Part shown: positions 43,027 through 49,183 of the stretch, piece after piece
Position numbering within the stretch: position 1 is the first letter of the stretch
How the letters are laid out: the number at the start of each line of letters is the position of its first letter
DNA from: a virus
Lineage: Duplodnaviria; Caudoviricetes
Virus record (IMG/VR): IMGVR_UViG_3300037522_000084
Location: 1-49,183 of that record
Direction: 5' to 3' (one strand)
DNA length: 49,183 nucleotides
Notes under the pieces: model-generated
What the model saw: only the letters and a program-made list of their open reading frames with translations
Database searches by the model: none
What the model was told of the DNA's origin: nothing
Made by a program: the position numbers and the translations under genes

Positions 43027-43640
43027 GCGAGCCGCTCATCTACGTCGAGGACGTAAAGCCAGACCTGCAGGGATCGCACGGCAAGGCATGGCGTGCTGAT
43101 CTGGCTGCGGTTGCGCGCCGTCGCCCGGGCGGCCCGCCGCCAGAGCTCACGGTTGCGAGCTGGATCCTGAGCGCGCCGTACGCGCATCCGATCTGGCATT
43201 CCTACACCATCGGCGCAGTCTCGCTTCGCGATCTGCCGGGCGTGCCGCCGGCGCGTATTCACCTGGCTGGCGCAACGCACGAAGTCATGGTGTACGCGCT
43301 CAATCCGGACTTCCGGCGCGCAGTGAATGCGCCGGCCCACCTCCTGCAACCATCGAACTTCCACGGGCAATGGATCGCCGAGAGCGACGCAGGTGCCACA
43401 CGTTTCATCGAGGAAACCGTGCAGCTGGTCATCGACGGGCGGCTCTCGCCTGACACGGATTTCCGGCGCAACTGGATCGCGCGCTTCAGCGCCTCGAACA
43501 TGAAAGGACCGGACATCCCGCCGGGGCTCGTCGTCGCCAGCAGGGACAGCATGACGTTCGTCGGCACGGGTAAGCAGAACGTCGACACCCTGATCGACGT
43601 GGCCGCCGGTCCGAAACCGCCGACGAAGGACGTGCACTGA
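43023..43640 (+). CDS. Hypothetical phage protein
   Basis: APYAHPIWHSY, ATHE, LSPDTDFR. Confidence 0.7.
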   Translation: MSEPLIYVEDVKPDLQGSHGKAWRADLAAVARRRPGGPPPELTVASWILSAPYAHPIWHSYTIGAVSLRDLPGVPPARIHLAGATHEVMVYALNPDFRRAVNAPAHLLQPSNFHGQWIAESDAGATRFIEETVQLVIDGRLSPDTDFRRNWIARFSASNMKGPDIPPGLVVASRDSMTFVGTGKQNVDTLIDVAAGPKPPTKDVH

Positions 43641-43867
43641 TGAAGCGGGAGCACTCCGCGGCCTCGCGCTTCTTCATCCGCATCGGCCAGGCGGGCGCCG
43701 CGGCGCCGAAGCGGGACGAGGTGACGCTGCCGCTCTTCTCCCTGCCGCTGATCATGGACTGCGAAGGCGTGCTCGCGGGCGATGCGCGCCACCTGGTGAA
43801 CGACGAGGCCGAGTACCTGCGCCGCTGCCGCGCGGTGATCCGCGGCGTGGACCTGAGCCTCAGATGA
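43640..43867 (+). CDS. Hypothetical protein
   Basis: 75 aa, coupled at both ends. Confidence 0.55.
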   Translation: MKREHSAASRFFIRIGQAGAAAPKRDEVTLPLFSLPLIMDCEGVLAGDARHLVNDEAEYLRRCRAVIRGVDLSLR

Positions 43868-44307
43868 GTCTCGTCCTCACCCCGATCACCCTGCGCGAGG
43901 CAAACGCCTTCATCGAGCAGCATCACCGTCATCACGGCCCGAGCCGCGGCTGCATTGCGTGCGTCGCTGTAGCGGAGGCGGCCGCGGTCCGCGGCGTTGC
44001 CATCGTCGGGCGGCCAGTCGCGCGCGGCGCCGACGACGGCTGGACCGCTGAAGTCACGCGCTGTTGCACGGACGGGGCGCGCAATGCCTGCTCGATGCTC
44101 TACGCCGCCGCCTGGCGCGCGGTGCGAGCGCTTGGCTACCGCAAGCTCATCACGTACACGCTGGCGACCGAGGGGGGGGGTAGCTTGCGCGCTGCTGGCT
44201 TCCTCTGCATCGGCAAGGTCACCGGGCGCACCTGGTCCTGTCCGTCCCGGCCGCGCGTAGACACGCACCCACTGCAAGACAAGCTCCGGTGGGAGGTTGC
44301 CGCTTGA
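43864..44307 (+). CDS. XF1762-family protein
   Basis: EANAFIEQHHRHH, GRPVAR, EVTR..TDG..NACSMLY, ITYTL..E.G.SLRAAG. Confidence 0.8.
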   Translation: MSLVLTPITLREANAFIEQHHRHHGPSRGCIACVAVAEAAAVRGVAIVGRPVARGADDGWTAEVTRCCTDGARNACSMLYAAAWRAVRALGYRKLITYTLATEGGGSLRAAGFLCIGKVTGRTWSCPSRPRVDTHPLQDKLRWEVAA

Positions 44308-46868
44308 GCGACTACCGCGCCTTCCTCGAGCAGAAGGTGAAGCTCGATCACGCCTGCGGCTTCGACGTGGATGAGCGCGAGATGAATCCGGCGCTCAAGG
44401 ATCACACGCGGGCGATGGTGCAGTGGGCGCTGCATGGCGGGCGCCGGGCACTCTTCGCCGCCTTCGGCATGCACAAGACGTGCGCGCAGTTGGAGATCAT
44501 GCGCCTCATCGGCGCGCACCGGCCGTGCCTTCGCCTCATCACCCTGCCGCTCGGGGTACGCCAGGAGTTCACGCGCGACGCGCGCGAGCGCTTCACGGGC
44601 GAGTACGCGCTGCGGCTCAAGTTCATCCGGCGGGCAGAGGAGATCGAGGACGAGCGGACGATCTACCTGACGAACTACGAGTCGGTGCGCGAGGGGATCC
44701 TCGACATCGGGGCGATCAAGCCGGGCGCGGTCAGCCTGGACGAGGCCTCGATCCTGCGCGGCTTCGGCGGGACGAAGACCTTCCGGGAAGTGATGGCGGT
44801 CCTCGCCGGCGACGACAGGCGGGCGGACGGGCCGCGCGTGGCCACTGCGGGCGTGCCCCTGCGGTTCGTGGCCACAGCCACGCCATCACCGAACGAGTAC
44901 ATCGAGCTTCTGGCCTACGCAGCCTTCCTCGGCATCATGGACGTCGGCCAGGCGAAGACGCGATTCTTCAAGCGCAACTCGGAGAAGGCCGACGAGCTGA
45001 CGCTGCATCCGCACAAGGAGCGCGAGTTCTGGCTGTGGATTGCTTCCTGGGCGTTGTACGTGCAGCGCCCGTCCGACCTCGGCTACAGAGACGAGGGCTA
45101 CGCGCTGCCGCCGCTCGACGTGCGCTGGCACGAGATCCGGTCCGATCACAGCACCGCGGGCGCCGAAAAGGACGGTCAGGGCAGGCTTTTCCGGAACGCT
45201 GCGATCGGCGTGCAGGACGCGGCGCGCGAGAAGCGGGACAGCCTCGGCGGGCGCGTGGAGAAGCTGCTCGACCTGAGGGCCGAGGACCCGGGCGCGCACC
45301 GCATCCTCTGGCACGACCTCGAGGCCGAGCGCGCGTCGATCGAGGCCGCGCTCCCGGACGTCGTCAGCGTCTACGGTAGCCAGGACCTGGACGCGCGCGA
45401 GGAGGCGATCATCGCCTTCTCAGACGGGCGGATCGCGGAGCTCGCCGGCAAGCCATCGATGCTCGGGAGCGGCTGCAACTTACAGCGTCACTGCTCCTGG
45501 GCGATCTTCCTCGGCATCGGCTTCAAGTTCAACGATTTCATCCAGGCGATCCACCGCCTGCAACGCTTCCAGCAGCCGCATCAGGTGCGGATCGACCTGA
45601 TCTACACCGAGGCCGAGCGCGAGGTCCGCCGCGAGCTCGAGCGCAAGTGGGCGCAGCACGTAGAGCAGGTGGACATCATGACGAAGATCATCCGCGAGTT
45701 CGGCCTCGCCCAGGCCTCGATGGCGCTGGCGCTGCACCGGCAGATCGGCATCGAGCGCGCAGAGGCCTCGGGCCGCGACTGGCACCTGGTGAATAACGAC
45801 TGCGTGGTCGAAGCGCAGGCCATGCCCGATGACAGCGTCGGCCTGGTCGTCACCTCGATCCCGTTCGCCAACCAGTACGAGTACACGCCGAGCTACAACG
45901 ACTTCGGGCACACGGACGATAACGCGCACTTCTGGCGGCAGATGGATTTCCTCACCCCAGAGCTCTACCGGATCCTGCGGCCCGGGCGGGTGTGCGCCGT
46001 GCACGTCAAGGATCGGATCACCCCGGGCGGCATCAACGGCTTCGGCTTTCAGAGCGTGACCAGGATCTCGGACGCCTGCGCCGATCACTTCGAGCGACAC
46101 GGCTTCGCCTTCCTCGCGCGCAAGACCGTGGTGACCGACGTGGTGCGAGAGAACAACCAGACCTATCGGCTCGGGTGGACCGAGCAGTGCAAGGATGGCT
46201 CGCGCATGGGCACCGGGCTGCCGGAGTACGTGATGCTCTTCCGGAAGCCGCCCACCGATCGCTCGCGCGGCTACGCCGACCTGCCGGTCGTGAAGGACAA
46301 GGCCACCTACACGCGGGCGCGCTGGCAGTACGACGCGCACGGCTTCATGCGCTCGAGCGGCGACCGGCTGCTCGCGGCCGAGGACCTGACCGGCCTGCCT
46401 CAGGAGGCGGTCTACAAGCTCTTCCGGAAGTACTCGATGGAGAACGTGTACGACTTCGGGCGCGACGTGGCGCTCGCCGAGCACGTCGACCGGCACGGCT
46501 GGCTGCCCTCGACCTTCATGCTGATGCCGCCGCAGTCTTGGCATCCGGACGTGTGGACGGACATCACGCGCATGCGCACCCTGAACGGCCTGCAGGCGGC
46601 CAAGGGCAAGGAAATGCACCTCTGCCCGTTGCAGTTCGACATCGTGGACCGCCTGATCACGCAATTCTCGATGCCGGGCGAGACCGTGCTCGATCCGTTC
46701 GCTGGCCTCGGGACCGTGCCGTATTGCGCGGTGAAGCTCGGGCGCCGCGGCGTCGGCATCGAGCTCAACCCCTGGTACTTCCGCGACTCCATCGCCTACC
46801 TGAAATCCGCCGAGGGCGAGCGGTCGGTGCCGACCCTCTTCAACTTCGAGGAGGCGCTCGCCGCATGA
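44304..46868 (+). CDS. SF2 helicase-like domain fused to an N6/N4 DNA methyltransferase
   Basis: FGMHKT, LDEAS, ATATPSPN, QAIHR..RF; then TSIPF, HLCPLQ, VLDPFAGLGT. Confidence 0.9.
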   Translation: MSDYRAFLEQKVKLDHACGFDVDEREMNPALKDHTRAMVQWALHGGRRALFAAFGMHKTCAQLEIMRLIGAHRPCLRLITLPLGVRQEFTRDARERFTGEYALRLKFIRRAEEIEDERTIYLTNYESVREGILDIGAIKPGAVSLDEASILRGFGGTKTFREVMAVLAGDDRRADGPRVATAGVPLRFVATATPSPNEYIELLAYAAFLGIMDVGQAKTRFFKRNSEKADELTLHPHKEREFWLWIASWALYVQRPSDLGYRDEGYALPPLDVRWHEIRSDHSTAGAEKDGQGRLFRNAAIGVQDAAREKRDSLGGRVEKLLDLRAEDPGAHRILWHDLEAERASIEAALPDVVSVYGSQDLDAREEAIIAFSDGRIAELAGKPSMLGSGCNLQRHCSWAIFLGIGFKFNDFIQAIHRLQRFQQPHQVRIDLIYTEAEREVRRELERKWAQHVEQVDIMTKIIREFGLAQASMALALHRQIGIERAEASGRDWHLVNNDCVVEAQAMPDDSVGLVVTSIPFANQYEYTPSYNDFGHTDDNAHFWRQMDFLTPELYRILRPGRVCAVHVKDRITPGGINGFGFQSVTRISDACADHFERHGFAFLARKTVVTDVVRENNQTYRLGWTEQCKDGSRMGTGLPEYVMLFRKPPTDRSRGYADLPVVKDKATYTRARWQYDAHGFMRSSGDRLLAAEDLTGLPQEAVYKLFRKYSMENVYDFGRDVALAEHVDRHGWLPSTFMLMPPQSWHPDVWTDITRMRTLNGLQAAKGKEMHLCPLQFDIVDRLITQFSMPGETVLDPFAGLGTVPYCAVKLGRRGVGIELNPWYFRDSIAYLKSAEGERSVPTLFNFEEALAA

Positions 46869-47434
46869 GCGAATGGACGACAGAGCGCGTGTGCGAAGCC
46901 CTGCTCAAGCACCTTAACCCGATCAAGGAACTCGTCATGACGGAGTTCCAGATCGACGGCGGGCAATGCGATGTCGTGAAGATAAGCCGCTCCGGCTACG
47001 CCACCGAGTACGAGATCAAGGTCAGCCGGGCCGATTGGCGGGCTGACGTAGCGAAGGACAAATGGCGGGAGGCACGGCCGCATATCAGGCGCTTCTTCTA
47101 CGTGGTGCCCAGCGAACTGATTGACGAGCGCCTGGGCGATCTCGATGTCCCGTCCTGGGTTCAGCCAACGCAGGGGATCATCGTCGCATACCGAACACGC
47201 GGCGGCTTTGACGCCGTGAAGTGCGTCCGCGCTGCTATCCGGTTGAAGGCGCAGAAGGTGCCAGCAGAGGATGAGCGGCGGGCGCTGCTCGCCGCCTATT
47301 ACCGCTACTGGCGACACGCCGCGGAGATGTCGAGCTCGCGCGACCAACTGCGCGAGCAGCGGGTGCGTTGCCGGAAGTGCTACTCGCGCATGCACTGCTC
47401 GAGCTGCGAGGGCTACGTGAAGGTCGCCGCATGA
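46865..47434 (+). CDS. PD-(D/E)XK nuclease-like protein (MmcB-like)
   Basis: CDVV...EYEIKVSRADWRAD..K, FFYVVP. Confidence 0.7.
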   Translation: MSEWTTERVCEALLKHLNPIKELVMTEFQIDGGQCDVVKISRSGYATEYEIKVSRADWRADVAKDKWREARPHIRRFFYVVPSELIDERLGDLDVPSWVQPTQGIIVAYRTRGGFDAVKCVRAAIRLKAQKVPAEDERRALLAAYYRYWRHAAEMSSSRDQLREQRVRCRKCYSRMHCSSCEGYVKVAA

Positions 47435-48378
47435 GCGTCCCGGCCACAAATTGGGCGTGGCTGCTCGATCTTCCTCCGGAGCCGAAGTTCACGATGGTCG
47501 CGCTCGCCGATCGCGCTGATGAGGAAGGCATCTGCTGGCCGAGCGTGCGCTGGCTGGTGAAGAAGACGGGATTCAGCGAAAGAACAGTGCGCGGTCATCT
47601 TGCGAAGTTCCGCGAGGAGCGGCTGCTCGAGTCCGTGAAACGCAGCAGGGACGATGGCGGGCAATCCTCGAACGAGTACCGGCTCGCCCTGAAACAACCG
47701 GGCCTGCTGCTCGAATCCGACCGCCGCACCCCCGGTGCAGCAAATGCAGGGGGGCCTGCAACTGCTGCACCCCCCCCTGCGGCAAAAGCGGCAGCAAATG
47801 CAGGGGGCCCTACGAAGCAAATGCAGGGGGCCCCTGCAGCAGATGCACCCCATGATCTTGAAGTTGATTCTTCAGTTGAAGTAAAGACAGGGCCCGGGCG
47901 GGCTGCGCCCACCCCGGTCGCCGCCTGCTTTCAGGCATACCGGGACGGCATCAAGAAGCGCTACGGCGCCGACTACCCGCCAAGCCGGCGGGCGAACGGG
48001 ATGCTCTCCCACGTCGTCGACCGGCTCGGCGCGGCGCCGGCGCTCAAGGTCGTCGGCTTCTACCTGGCGCACGGCAAGCCCTACTACAGCCAGCGCAAGC
48101 ACGCGCTCGAGATCCTGGTGCAGGACTGCACCGAGCTCTGGCTCGAGCTTCAGGCAGCGGCGGGCGCGGGCGCGCCGGCGACCACCGCGAGCGCCTTCTT
48201 CGAGCTCGGCGATGGCCGCATGAAGCTCATGAACGACTACCCGGTCGCCGAGCCGCTCGACGTGGCGAGGGCATGCGCTCGCGAGTACGCGAGCCGCATC
48301 GAGCCGTGGAGCGTGCGCAACATCGTCGTGCGCATCGGCGGCCGGCAGAGCAAGTTCACGCCGCAGGAGGTCCGGTGA
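47431..48378 (+). CDS. Replication initiator (N-terminal wHTH, lambda O-like)
   Basis: KFTMVALADRADEEGICWPSV..L...TG.SERTV, SNEYRL; internal iterons. Confidence 0.85.
   Translation: MSVPATNWAWLLDLPPEPKFTMVALADRADEEGICWPSVRWLVKKTGFSERTVRGHLAKFREERLLESVKRSRDDGGQSSNEYRLALKQPGLLLESDRRTPGAANAGGPATAAPPPAAKAAANAGGPTKQMQGAPAADAPHDLEVDSSVEVKTGPGRAAPTPVAACFQAYRDGIKKRYGADYPPSRRANGMLSHVVDRLGAAPALKVVGFYLAHGKPYYSQRKHALEILVQDCTELWLELQAAAGAGAPATTASAFFELGDGRMKLMNDYPVAEPLDVARACAREYASRIEPWSVRNIVVRIGGRQSKFTPQEVR
47736..47885. repeat. Replication origin iterons plus AT-rich tract
   Basis: GCAAATGCAGGGGG at 47740, 47794 and 47817, related inverted TGCA/CCCC copies, then TCTTGAAGTTGATTCTTCAGTTGAAGTAAA. Confidence 0.75.
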
Positions 48379-48740
48379 ACTACCAGGAGCGCGTCTCGCC
48401 GTGGATGCAAGTCTGCTTCGGGCCGAAGATCAGCGCCGACCGCGTGGAGCGCAATCACAGGTTTCTCGAGGAGGCAGTCGAGCTCGTGCAGGCGAATGGC
48501 TGCACGTCAGAAGAGGCTCACCAGCTCGTCGACTACGTGTTCGGGCGGCCGATCGGCGAGCCGCATCAGGAGGTGGGCGGCGTGATGGTGACGCTCGCCG
48601 CGCTTTGCAACGCCGCCGGCCTGGACATGAGTCAGGCGGGAGAAGATGAACTGCGGCGCGTGTGGCAGAGGATCGAGCAGATCCGCGCGAAGCAGGCGCT
48701 GAAACCAAGAAACTCACCGCTGCCCGGGGACGCCGCGTGA
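48375..48740 (+). CDS. MazG-like (all-alpha NTP pyrophosphatase) protein
   Basis: RFLEEAVELVQ...QEVGGVMVTLAALC. Confidence 0.6.
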   Translation: MNYQERVSPWMQVCFGPKISADRVERNHRFLEEAVELVQANGCTSEEAHQLVDYVFGRPIGEPHQEVGGVMVTLAALCNAAGLDMSQAGEDELRRVWQRIEQIRAKQALKPRNSPLPGDAA

Positions 48741-49045
48741 GCGCAATCGCACAACCAGATCTTTTCGTTCAACAAGAAGCGCGGGCGCTGGGCGGCATGC
48801 CGGCAACACCGGAAAGTAGTTGCTGGTGCGAGATGTGCCGCCCGGACGACCCGGCCCCGACCTACACCGAGGCCTTCAGGCACGAGTGCGAGGCCCACTA
48901 CCTGGCGGCATTGCCGTCGAATGAGCATCGCCGGAAGTACTTGGAAGGGCCCAAGGGCGTGCTTGAGCGCCGCGGCGTGGTCGAGTACTACCGGCTCAGG
49001 TCCTCAACATGGGCCTGCATGCAGAAGGCGGGCGCCGGCTCATGA
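48737..49045 (+). CDS. Hypothetical protein
   Basis: TYTEAFRHECEA motif; GTGA coupling. Confidence 0.6.
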   Translation: MSAIAQPDLFVQQEARALGGMPATPESSCWCEMCRPDDPAPTYTEAFRHECEAHYLAALPSNEHRRKYLEGPKGVLERRGVVEYYRLRSSTWACMQKAGAGS

Positions 49046-49183
49046 ACCAATCCGCCTTCGACTTCACCAAGCGGGTGCGCCGGCGTGACCCGGCCACCTC
49101 ACGCGCCGCCGCCGCGCGCGCCGGGGAGTTCGGAAGCGACCACCACGCGAAGATCATGGGCAGCCTGATGACGCAGGGCCCGG
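49042..49183 (+). CDS. Truncated hypothetical protein
   Basis: MNQSAFDF...RRRDPATSRAAA runs off the end of the window. Confidence 0.55.
   Translation, partial: MNQSAFDFTKRVRRRDPATSRAAAARAGEFGSDHHAKIMGSLMTQGP

Overview
A nearly complete, GC-rich, lambda-like temperate siphophage genome that begins at the terminase genes. The host is probably proteobacterial (inference from spanins, outer-membrane barrels and gene families). Gene order: terminase and head (1-10.1 kb), GIY-YIG endonuclease, a glycosyl/methyltransferase cluster, tail (17.6-27.4 kb), lysis (27.4-29.8 kb), a leftward accessory operon, attP region/int/xis, early-left genes, a cI/cro switch, DNA methyltransferases and a replication initiator with iterons. 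Two RNA-based systems stand out. (1) At 12.2-14.2 kb is a self-contained cassette with its own promoter/operator and terminator. It encodes a Cas7/RAMP-like protein, a partner protein, an XRE regulator and a non-coding array of about 75 GGY-NN pentamers divided into six units by GGCA spacers. Read as the first two bases of successive codons, the NN dinucleotides of three units spell conserved motifs of homologues of this phage's own capsid, head-decoration and neighbouring genes. This suggests a gapped-code, RNA-guided system aimed at related phages (by-eye inference, not statistically tested). (2) At 34.0-36.8 kb is a complete diversity-generating retroelement (RT, Avd, TR) with two tandem small non-tail target genes whose variable repeats differ from TR almost only at adenines. 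All protein calls rest on motif recognition, not database searches.
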